NCBI GenBank assembly: GCA_003104935.1
Contig: PQAE01000002.1
Span: 67,527 to 131,526, forward strand
DNA length: 64,000 nucleotides
Direction of reading: 5' to 3'
From: Parcubacteria group bacterium
GTDB lineage: Bacteria; Patescibacteriota; Patescibacteriia; UBA1558; GWA2-36-10
The notes under the pieces were generated by a model. It had not been told where the DNA came from. It ran no database searches and saw only the letters and a list, made by a program, of their open reading frames with translations. The position numbers were made by a program, and so were the translations under genes. The first letter of the stretch is position 1. The number at the start of each line of letters is the position of its first letter. Shown here in pieces: positions 1 through 7,493 of this stretch.

Positions 1-813
1 TAATCCAGCTGGCACAAATGGTATTAATGCAGCTCCTGTATCAACGCTTAAATCGACAAATGATCCTAGAAAAGCTTTTGATGCATCTGATGCCTGCTGA
101 AGATTTCCAGAAAATAAGGAACCTACAAATTGCCCTCCTTTATACAATGTATTACCAGCATCATAAGTAACAAAACCGACATCTATAGCCGTATCTACTA
201 TCTGCCCATCGGAATCCGTGTTCTTTACTGGATTATTAGCTACATAGCTATAGCTATTAAGGTTCTGTGGATTTGATAAATAATACTCTGCAGAGTAATC
301 GTACTCTTCTTCAAATTGATCACTATCATGGATTTTTAAAACGGCTGGGTCTACGCTCATAAACCTCCCCGTAGTATTATCTAAATACCTGGCTCCATAG
401 TATTGTAGATTGTTTTCTTGGTCTAATTCTTTACCGGTAAACTTCTTGGTATTATCAATAGTAGAGTTAAGAGTCTTGACTTGGCCATAGGGGTCATAAT
501 CATTGGTTTCCAGTATATTTCCCTGCCTATCGGTAATGATAGTAGGAGAACCAAGGTGGTCAGTTAGATTATACTCTGTACTAGTATTACTGAATGTGGA
601 TATCTTTTGATCGCCTAGATAGATATTAACCTTAAAATTACCGTCTTTATCTATTTCAAAGTATTTATCAATGTACTTTGTCTGATCTGTGGTGATGTTT
701 TCATAATGACCAGAGCTAGTAGCGAGTACCGGGTTGATAAAGGAAAAAAATAATAAGCCTAAGCTTATTATAGCAAATATCTTTCTGTTTGTGACTTTTC
801 TTCTGCCAGTCAT
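1..813 (-). CDS. Rhs-core polymorphic toxin paralog. N-terminal ~270 aa only; the C-terminal toxin region runs past the window start.
   Basis: Start codon at 811-813 (cat on the + strand). Nucleotides 361-900 are near-identical to 6640-7186, the 5' part of CDS 5944..7098. The translation keeps the Rhs core-end motifs (YSY..NNPVKNTDSDG) and then diverges. Confidence 0.6.
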   Translation of the reverse strand, partial: MTGRRKVTNRKIFAIISLGLLFFSFINPVLATSSGHYENITTDQTKYIDKYFEIDKDGNFKVNIYLGDQKISTFSNTSTEYNLTDHLGSPTIITDRQGNILETNDYDPYGQVKTLNSTIDNTKKFTGKELDQENNLQYYGARYLDNTTGRFMSVDPAVLKIHDSDQFEEEYDYSAEYYLSNPQNLNSYSYVANNPVKNTDSDGQIVDTAIDVGFVTYDAGNTLYKGGQFVGSLFSGNLQQASDASKAFLGSFVDLSVDTGAALIPFVPAGL

Positions 814-1130
814 ACGCTATATATTAAAGCCGTCGCTTAATTAATAGCCGTCTAATATTTATAGCTTTAATGTAATCCTCTAGATAAAATTTGTCAAATA
901 ACATTCTGACCCCCTGTTCTCCCCCTTCCACTAGAGGCGGACAAGTGGTACGGGAAGGAAATTTTTAGTAAAGAAAAAATCTTTACTTTCGCATTCCCCG
1001 CGAACGCGGGGATCTAGAAATAAAATAGTTTTCTGGACCCCCGATTCTCGCCTCTGGCGAGATCGAGGGATGCCGACTTTTTCTATCTGTTTCACCCTCT
1101 CTTGCTTTACCAGTAGGAGTTGGGTAAATT

Positions 1131-1928
1131 TTAATGTTTCTGCAAAAACCGTAAAATCTTATGGGACACAAAATCGCGGGACACGACTTCGTCCACCCGA
1201 TGATTGCCGTGATCAATGAGATAGAGACTCTTATCCTTTACTTTCAGATTTTGAAATAAATATTGAGAGCTGACCGGATCAGCCACTCGGTCCGCGCGGG
1301 AGTGTCCGATCAGTATTGGTACCCGCAAATGAGGGATATCTCTCTTGGTACAATGGCTGATAAATCTCCGGAACTGCACTAGCGTCGGCACGGGTATATG
1401 AGTATGTTGTCCCAACTCGGGCAACAGTTTGGCCTTCTCCGCCGTGATCCAGTGTTTTTTATAATTCCTCAAAAAAAATCTGGCCAGCGGCAATAAGGCG
1501 CGAATAGTATTTTCTTTATAGAGCGTGATCGGTATGCCCAGGGAAATAATGCCTTTTATTTGCGGATAACATACGCCCAGGTGGATAGCCAAGCTGGCGC
1601 CAAAAGAATAACCTAAAATATATACTTTTTTATAGCGGGCCAGATTTGCCTGCACAGCCGTATCCGCCGACTCTACCCAATCATGAAAAGTGCTACGCCG
1701 CAAATCTGCCAAAGTCGTGCCGTGTCCGGCTAAGAGGATAGTGTCTACATCATAACCGCTGGTGGCCAAAATGTCGGCTATAAAATGCAGTGAATAAGGA
1801 GTACTGCTTACGCCGTGTATAATAATAACTACCTGATCATTGTCCGGACAACTGGTAATAAAAAACGGCTGGGCTTTGGGCGGCACTCCAGTCAGGGCTT
1901 TATAGGTTTTAATCGGATATTCTGACAC
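1131..1928 (-). CDS. alpha/beta hydrolase (esterase/lipase-like)
   Basis: 265 aa with a GYSFG nucleophile elbow, an HG motif and the His/Asp pattern typical of the alpha/beta-hydrolase fold. Confidence 0.7.
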   Translation of the reverse strand: MSEYPIKTYKALTGVPPKAQPFFITSCPDNDQVVIIIHGVSSTPYSLHFIADILATSGYDVDTILLAGHGTTLADLRRSTFHDWVESADTAVQANLARYKKVYILGYSFGASLAIHLGVCYPQIKGIISLGIPITLYKENTIRALLPLARFFLRNYKKHWITAEKAKLLPELGQHTHIPVPTLVQFRRFISHCTKRDIPHLRVPILIGHSRADRVADPVSSQYLFQNLKVKDKSLYLIDHGNHRVDEVVSRDFVSHKILRFLQKH

Positions 1929-2503
1929 TATTTTTTCACTTTAAATTTATTTTTCAGATATTTCTGATATTCAGCATCCGCTTCCATCAACTCCTTGATA
2001 AAGTCGCGGATCCAATCGGCTTTTTTGGTCTGGCTATGCTCGGCTTTCCAATTTAGATAATCGCTCAGCTTACGCGATACCCGTAAAGTATATTTGATAT
2101 TAAAATACTCGGCTAGGCCGCTGGTATCCAGTTTTTCCAAAAAGTCGGCTAACTTTTGTTCCAAATCAGTAACTAAAAAATGGCTGATAGTCAGACGACC
2201 GGATACATTTTTATCCGGCCCCAGATTTTTTATAGCCGGATCAAGCTCACTGCCCTCCGGCAGTAAATACAAAACCGGTTTATTCTGCGATAGTCCCAGA
2301 GCAATCATATAGCCGGCCTGGGCATCAAGTTTTTTACCCAGGACGATTACGGCCTCTACTTGACCTAAGACATTGTCCGCCTTGGCATCACCATTTACTG
2401 TAACACTTTGATTCCAGACCGTAGCCCCCAGATTACGCAGATACTTTTCCGCATTGCGGGCCTCCAAGACACAATCTTTAGTATTATAAAAAAATATTTT
2501 CAT
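1928..2503 (-). CDS. nucleoside 2-deoxyribosyltransferase-like (flavodoxin-like fold) protein
   Basis: 191 aa. The central segment AVIVLGKKLDAQAGYMIALGLSQNKPVLYLL resembles the NDT core (GxELGYAxxxGKxVLLV). The basic C-terminal tail is unassigned. Confidence 0.35.
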   Translation of the reverse strand: MKIFFYNTKDCVLEARNAEKYLRNLGATVWNQSVTVNGDAKADNVLGQVEAVIVLGKKLDAQAGYMIALGLSQNKPVLYLLPEGSELDPAIKNLGPDKNVSGRLTISHFLVTDLEQKLADFLEKLDTSGLAEYFNIKYTLRVSRKLSDYLNWKAEHSQTKKADWIRDFIKELMEADAEYQKYLKNKFKVKK

Positions 2504-2506
2504 AGC

Positions 2507-3499
2507 TTAGGTGTTATTAAATTCGCCGGCAATATTTTGTTTCATTACTTTTTCAAAAGCCGGCAATTTCTTACGATTAGCCACGGCCCAGAGAGTCTTG
2601 GCTACGGCCGTTTCCCAGGTGCAATCCGCCAGGCAGACCAGAGAACCGCTACCAACACTTAACTCGCGGTGATACAAAATTACTGATCGGCCGCTTTTTT
2701 CCAAAAGCAACTGTTTTTCTTTTTCCAATTGGTAATTGCCGGCCAACTTAACTATAATAGCTTCATATTTTAATAAATCATTTTTGTCCAGATTCCAGTC
2801 CACACCGCGGACATCCTGAAGTGTTAATATTTTGGCCGAAATTTTATCATAGATATTTTCTCTGGGCTTAGACGTCTGCAAACCGGATTTGATACTAATG
2901 CCAAAATCTACTCGACCCCAATAATTATTATCCTGGCTGACAAACATATTGGCCCGGTCATTGCTATTTGCTGGGATCGCCTTAACCGCCGGAATAAGTC
3001 GCGTGCCAAACATAATAGCCGGTCCGGGCAAAGTTTGACTGGCCACCTGAATGGCGTTGATCAGATTGGACTTCAGGCCGGAGCCACTGTGCTTGTCACG
3101 CAATTCCTTGATTAGGGCCTTTTTCTGATTATAGTCCGTGCCGCTGATGCTGGCGCCGGTTAAAATAATAGTTTTAGAAAAATTTTGCAGTAAAAAACCA
3201 AGTATTGCTCCTGTTTGCGCCAATTGCTCTACCGGAGCTACTATGACAAAACCATCAGCCTGGCCAGCTTTAACCTTGATAATCCTAGCCATGTTTTCCC
3301 AATGGCTAAACTGCAATACATCATCCTCTCCGGCTAACAATACTGTTTCCATATCAGCCAAAATATTTAGCTCCGGCATTTGGGCTAGCCATAAAGCAAT
3401 ATCTTCTTTTTTTTGTACGGAATAAAAATGCCCTTGTTTGTCTATCAAAACAGTGCCACCGGCTAAAAGTAGATATATTTTTTTGTTATTTTTAGGCAT
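2507..3499 (-). CDS. L-asparaginase/GatD-fold protein with degenerate catalytic motifs
   Basis: 330 aa, collinear with the type I asparaginase architecture (LAGGTV..., GFVIVAPV...ILTGAS...NLINAIQVAS). The TGGT Thr nucleophile is replaced by AGGT and the HGTDT box by APVEQ. Confidence 0.5.
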   Translation of the reverse strand: MPKNNKKIYLLLAGGTVLIDKQGHFYSVQKKEDIALWLAQMPELNILADMETVLLAGEDDVLQFSHWENMARIIKVKAGQADGFVIVAPVEQLAQTGAILGFLLQNFSKTIILTGASISGTDYNQKKALIKELRDKHSGSGLKSNLINAIQVASQTLPGPAIMFGTRLIPAVKAIPANSNDRANMFVSQDNNYWGRVDFGISIKSGLQTSKPRENIYDKISAKILTLQDVRGVDWNLDKNDLLKYEAIIVKLAGNYQLEKEKQLLLEKSGRSVILYHRELSVGSGSLVCLADCTWETAVAKTLWAVANRKKLPAFEKVMKQNIAGEFNNT

Positions 3500-4184
3500 T
3501 GGTTTTTTCTTTGGGAGAGAAGATGAAATAAAATACTACAAAATTTATCAGTAAGGTAGATAATGGCCCTAAATGAGTATATCTCACATCATATGCATAA
3601 ACCAATAAAAGATTAGCGTAAGAGCTGACTAAAGCTCCGATTATAACTGCCGCTAATATAAATTTTAATTGTGACTTGTAAATTCCATCAGTAGTTCTAT
3701 ATTTTTTGACTAATAAAACAATGGACATGAACACTAAGATAAGAAAATTAAGGGTAAATAAAGTATAAGAATACCACTCAAAAGAGGCAATTACATGATC
3801 TGGCGCTATCTCAATATTAGGGACAGAAAACTGATAAAAAAACAAATAAAATACTATTGTCCATAAAACAGAGCTCGCTAAAAATATTTTTGTTCTCTTT
3901 GAAATATCAAAGGATTTATATGGAAAATTTAAAATAAACATGTACAAACAAACAATTATCAACAGCCCTGTTGGGCAACTAAGGGCTTCGGAAAACCTAA
4001 TCAGTTCATAACTAACTCCTAGGTTCGGAATAATCAACACACAGGTCCATAAAAAAGTAAAAAAAGCAACCAAGCTAAAATACAAATTTATCTTACTATT
4101 CTTTACTCCGCGGGACAAAATTATCAAACACATTAGTAAATTTACTGCCGCCGCGATTAAAAGCCAAATGTTTTGCGTATTCAT
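3492..4184 (-). CDS. stand-alone multi-pass membrane protein, histidine-kinase N-terminal 7TM-like (paralog B)
   Basis: 230 aa with 6-7 predicted TM helices. The N-terminus MNTQNIWLLIAAAVNLLM...SRGV.NSKINLYFSL..F.FLW matches the HisKA_7TM-type sensor pattern and the protein is a paralog of 4188..4859. Confidence 0.5.
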   Translation of the reverse strand: MNTQNIWLLIAAAVNLLMCLIILSRGVKNSKINLYFSLVAFFTFLWTCVLIIPNLGVSYELIRFSEALSCPTGLLIIVCLYMFILNFPYKSFDISKRTKIFLASSVLWTIVFYLFFYQFSVPNIEIAPDHVIASFEWYSYTLFTLNFLILVFMSIVLLVKKYRTTDGIYKSQLKFILAAVIIGALVSSYANLLLVYAYDVRYTHLGPLSTLLINFVVFYFIFSPKEKTNA

Positions 4185-4187
4185 ACT

Positions 4188-4859
4188 TTATTCTTTAAAA
4201 AAAGCAAGGCGAAACACCATAAAATTCATAAATAATGTAAATATAGGTCCAAAACCGACTAATTTAAAGTTAGCAAAATAACAAAGAAATAAATCGAAAT
4301 ATATGCCAAAGACTAACCCTATAGATATGGTTACTAACAGCAGCAAAATTTGTTTTTTTAAAATTCCATCTGCCTGCCGAAATTTCACCAGAAAATTTTT
4401 AATGGCTAATATGACGATTGAAATAAAAACAAATGAATATAAAATGTACAGATCTTTCCTAATAAATAAAGTGTATTCCGTTTTTAATAGATCTTTCTCT
4501 GATCCAGTAATATACATATTTCCAAAAATAAAAAAAACAAACATCAGGAGCAGTAGAACGAATAATTTATTAACAAATTTGTTTTGGACAATTTTATAAG
4601 GATAATGTACGGAAAATAAATATAAACTCATAGCAATGGCTAAAGCCGATATATATGCGGCCTGGGCATTAAAAAACCAAAACGCACTGTCTGATGTTCT
4701 GGCGTAAAATAAATTCATGCACCATAGAAAATCAAAAAACGTCAGTAAACTAAAATACAAATTTATCTTATTATTTATGACGCCGCGCGATAGCACCAAC
4801 ACACTCATAAATAAGTTGATGCTGGCCGCTATCAAAAGAATTATATTTTGGGTATTCAT
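4188..4859 (-). CDS. stand-alone multi-pass membrane protein, histidine-kinase N-terminal 7TM-like (paralog A)
   Basis: 223 aa. Shares the MNTQNIxLLIAAxxNLxM...SRGVxNxKINLYFSL N-terminus with the downstream paralog. A 4-bp intergenic gap suggests one operon. Confidence 0.5.
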   Translation of the reverse strand: MNTQNIILLIAASINLFMSVLVLSRGVINNKINLYFSLLTFFDFLWCMNLFYARTSDSAFWFFNAQAAYISALAIAMSLYLFSVHYPYKIVQNKFVNKLFVLLLLMFVFFIFGNMYITGSEKDLLKTEYTLFIRKDLYILYSFVFISIVILAIKNFLVKFRQADGILKKQILLLLVTISIGLVFGIYFDLFLCYFANFKLVGFGPIFTLFMNFMVFRLAFFKE

Positions 4860-4885
4860 AGCCGTCTTTTTTTATTAGCCGTCTA
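4859..4885 (-). promoter_or_regulatory. direct repeat of AGACGGCTA (18-bp period) in the leader, abutting the start codon of the 7TM gene
   Basis: Read on the minus strand, TAGTTATTATAGACGGCTAATAAAAAAAGACGGCTATG. A TTGACA-16-TATAGT promoter lies just upstream, on the minus strand. The same GACGGCT pair occurs in both Rhs toxin leaders. Confidence 0.3.
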
Positions 4886-5045
4886 TAATAACTATACTAT
4901 GAAAACCGGCTTTGTCAACCCCGTTAGACGCCACATAGGCTAGGGAGATGCTATGATACTTGTTCAATGCGTAAGCCATGTATAATAAAAAAACTGCTGT
5001 GATATGGAACAGCGTGTCGAGTCAATAAGTTGATAAAAGTAACAG

Positions 5046-5369
5046 CTAGCCTCCGATAAAAAAAATTTTATCTCTGTCTTCAGGATGAATAACATAACTT
5101 AATAAATCATGCCTCATCGCTCCAGTCTTTTTAAAGTTTAGTTTAGCTTCACGTAAAGTCATATGATTAGGGCCATCTAAATATTCACTATTGTCAATAT
5201 CCAAGTCATTAGCAAACTCATCTTCCCAAAAACAAACTGGACACACTAAATTTTCACCCCTACTTTCCAATGTAATGTAACCGCAGCAAGGGCATGGCTC
5301 TGTAGGATCATAATAATCAACGGATTTCTTTGAACGATACTTAAGTAATAATTCTTTGTCTTTTATCAC
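5046..5369 (-). CDS. CPCC-family cysteine-rich small protein
   Basis: 107 aa with CPCCGY...CPVCFWEDE, the signature of the CPCC cysteine-rich domain family. Confidence 0.6.
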   Translation of the reverse strand: MIKDKELLLKYRSKKSVDYYDPTEPCPCCGYITLESRGENLVCPVCFWEDEFANDLDIDNSEYLDGPNHMTLREAKLNFKKTGAMRHDLLSYVIHPEDRDKIFFIGG

Positions 5370-5385
5370 ACAATCCGATTAAATT

Positions 5386-5616
5386 TTAGTGATCAAATCC
5401 GGATAATTCAATATGTACTAATTTACCGCCTTCAGAAAAGGATAAAATTATGTCAGCCCCCAAGGAATCTAAATATTGGCACCCTTCGTCAGATAATGAA
5501 ACCGTTTTTTTTACTTTATTTTCTGAAAGCGGTATCGCAGTTAAACCGTCTTCATAATCATAGGTCACGTTGATTTTTTTTCTCTCATATATTTCATTAT
5601 TAATTACTCCGGCCAC
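5386..5616 (-). CDS. DUF2283-like small protein
   Basis: 76 aa. The pattern INVTYDYEDGLTAI...ADIILSFSEGGKLVHIELSG resembles DUF2283 (YDxExDxLYI ... IVGIEIL). It overlaps the upstream gene by 13 bp. Confidence 0.45.
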   Translation of the reverse strand: MAGVINNEIYERKKINVTYDYEDGLTAIPLSENKVKKTVSLSDEGCQYLDSLGADIILSFSEGGKLVHIELSGFDH

Positions 5617-5933
5617 CCAGTAATAAATTTTTTTAACTTATCGCGTAGTGCATTTACATCGTCCTTGGTAATATCGTCATAAAGAGCAACAAAGTCCCCG
5701 TTATCATAATATAGCATGTCCAAGGAATTTATTATTATTGACAAATCTTCAAATTTTAAAACATAATCCATTTTCTGCAATCTTTCATTAACCCTCTTGT
5801 ACACTTCACGATCAAATAAAAATTTCACTTTCTTTAATATATATGGATATCCCCACGAATCAATTAAGCTCTTGCCTATAATATATTTTTCCTGTTTACT
5901 TAAAATTAAAAAATGTTGTATTTGCTCTGTCAT
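5604..5933 (-). CDS. hypothetical protein, candidate cognate immunity protein for the upstream Rhs-CT toxin
   Basis: 109 aa with no recognisable motif. It lies immediately downstream (10 bp) of the Rhs toxin on the same strand. Confidence 0.4.
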   Translation of the reverse strand: MTEQIQHFLILSKQEKYIIGKSLIDSWGYPYILKKVKFLFDREVYKRVNERLQKMDYVLKFEDLSIIINSLDMLYYDNGDFVALYDDITKDDVNALRDKLKKFITGWPE

Positions 5934-5943
5934 TTTATAGTTA

Positions 5944-7098
5944 TTATTTTTTAAAAAAATCCCCTAATATATTTTCTTTGACGTATTTATATGCCTTATC
6001 TGGTTGGAATACTGTAGGTTGTTTTGGATTGTCAATAAATAGAATATTATCTTTAATGTTATAAAAATATTTTTTAACTCCCTTAATAGTTGCCTTGATA
6101 TCAAAATTCTTGAATGTATCCTTGGTTATATCTGTCACCTCTTCGATTGTCTTTCCTTTAAAATGACCCTGCTCTAATGCGTGCCTCGCCGCTGAAATGA
6201 ATGTTTTGTCTGCTGTTTCTAAACTTTTCCCAATAACTTTCTCCTCTCCACCCACACTAGTATCAAGAGTCGTTAACAACAAGGAAAATAATCTTGTGTT
6301 TGTCTTTTGTTCAGGGTCATAAAGATTGGCCACGTTATCAACAAAATCACCCAAGCTATTTGTAACAAACCCTGAAGCTTTACTGACGGTGCCACCCTGA
6401 TTACAAGTATAATTAGCCGCATTATGTAGGAATGAAGAAATATCTCTCTGACCACTAGCCATATCTACACCAAACTGACCATAAAATTTTCCATCAGGAT
6501 CCGTATATTTTACCGGATTATCCCCAGCATAACTATAACTATTCAGGTTTTGTGGATTAGCCAGTTGTTCTTGGACACTTCTACCATAGGCCTTGGTAAA
6601 ATCCTGGTCATCATTAAGTATAAAAAGTGCCGGATCTATAGAATAAAATCTCCCTGTAGTATTATCTAAATACCTGGCTCCATAGTATTGTAGATTGTTT
6701 TCTTTATCTAATTCTTTACCGGTAAACTTCTTGGTATTATCAATAGTGGAGTTAAGAGTCTTGGCTTGACCATAGGGGTCATAATCATTGGTTTCAAGTA
6801 TATTTCCTTGACTGTCGGTAATAATGGTGGGAGAACCGAGGTGATCGTTTATGTCATACTGTGTGCTAGTATTACTGACTGTGGATATCTTTTGATCACC
6901 AATATAGATATTGACCTTAAAATTACCGTCTTTATCTATTTCAAAGTACTTATCAATATATTTAGTCTGATCGGTAGTGACATTTTCATAGTGACCAGAC
7001 TCGGTCGCAAAGATTGGTTGTACAAATAAAAAAAATAACAGGAATAATACTATTATAGCAAAAATCCTGTTGTTTGTGACTTTTCTTCTGCCAGTCAT
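5944..7098 (-). CDS. secreted short Rhs-core polymorphic toxin (signal peptide, Rhs repeat-associated core, variable C-terminal toxin domain)
   Basis: 384 aa with an N-terminal hydrophobic signal/TM segment. DINDHLGSP...YDPYGQ...FTGKELDKENNLQYYGARYLDNTTGRFYSIDP...NLNSYSYAGDNPVKYTDPDG is the Rhs/YD core with the terminal DPxG site. About 185 aa of unassigned C-terminal domain follow it. Confidence 0.7.
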   Translation of the reverse strand: MTGRRKVTNNRIFAIIVLFLLFFLFVQPIFATESGHYENVTTDQTKYIDKYFEIDKDGNFKVNIYIGDQKISTVSNTSTQYDINDHLGSPTIITDSQGNILETNDYDPYGQAKTLNSTIDNTKKFTGKELDKENNLQYYGARYLDNTTGRFYSIDPALFILNDDQDFTKAYGRSVQEQLANPQNLNSYSYAGDNPVKYTDPDGKFYGQFGVDMASGQRDISSFLHNAANYTCNQGGTVSKASGFVTNSLGDFVDNVANLYDPEQKTNTRLFSLLLTTLDTSVGGEEKVIGKSLETADKTFISAARHALEQGHFKGKTIEEVTDITKDTFKNFDIKATIKGVKKYFYNIKDNILFIDNPKQPTVFQPDKAYKYVKENILGDFFKK

Positions 7099-7112
7099 AC
7101 GCTATATATTAA

Positions 7113-7143
7113 AGCCGTCGCTTAATTAATAGCCGTCTAATAT
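7113..7143 (-). promoter_or_regulatory. GACGGCT direct-repeat pair in the Rhs toxin leader
   Basis: Read on the minus strand, TTAGACGGCTATTAATTAAGCGACGGCTTTAATATATAGCGTATG. An identical copy lies at 828-853 upstream of the other Rhs paralog. Confidence 0.3.
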
Positions 7144-7240
7144 TTATAGCTTTAATGTAATCCTCTAGATAAAATTTGTCAAGAAAAAATGCCCCTTCAA
7201 CAAGGCCACTTTTGGGTCAACCCTAGTCGCTAAAATGAAA

Positions 7241-7268
7241 CTCCCCCGCGGCAATGCCTACGGGGGAG
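7241..7268 (-). terminator. rho-independent terminator downstream of the tRNA
   Basis: Stem CTCCCCCG/CGGGGGAG with a 12-nt loop, followed on the minus strand by TTTCATTTTA. Confidence 0.5.
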
Positions 7269-7272
7269 AAAT

Positions 7273-7370
7273 TGGAGCCGGTGAGAGGACTTGAACCTCC
7301 AACATATGGTTTAAAACGAAACCAGGGCTTCGTCATCCACCACTGCTCTACCAATTGAGCTACACCGGCC
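7273..7370 (-). tRNA. tRNA-like gene with a ~21-nt insertion in the anticodon loop; anticodon unassigned (possible intron-containing tRNA or pseudogene)
   Basis: Read on the minus strand, G+GCCGGTG TA GCTC-AATTGGTA-GAGC A GTGGT[28 nt]ACCAT ATGTT GGAGG-TTCAAGT-CCTCT CACCGGC T CCA. The acceptor, D and T arms are canonical and CCA is encoded. The anticodon stem GTGGT/ACCAT encloses 28 nt instead of 7. Confidence 0.55.
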
Positions 7371-7493
7371 AGTCTTAGGTATATGTACTCACAGTTGGAT
7401 ATATTAGCAGAAAAGGATTTATTGTCAAGAAAACAAAAATACCCCTAGGCCAAGCACTGTGGTTTTTAGAAAACTTTTTTATAGAAATTAAAA

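Noticed and set aside
900-1130. Possible tmRNA, SRP RNA or other ncRNA in the spacer between the hydrolase gene and Rhs paralog 1 (hairpins CCCCGCG-AAC-CGCGGGG and TCTCGCC-TCTG-GCGAGA)
   Set aside because: No tRNA-like ends and no P4 or SRP motifs. The hairpins are better explained as terminator or leader structures. The region is simply the non-duplicated part of the spacer.
983-1216. 77-aa minus-strand ORF from the track
   Set aside because: It overlaps the 3' end of the alpha/beta-hydrolase gene and the terminator region, and has no RBS or promoter context. Likely spurious.
7273-7370. Interpretation of the long tRNA as tRNA-Sec or a class II (Leu/Ser/Tyr) tRNA
   Set aside because: The D arm is the class I type (4-bp stem, 8-nt loop). 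No TCA anticodon can be placed in a 7-nt loop. The extra nucleotides lie inside the anticodon stem, not in the variable region.
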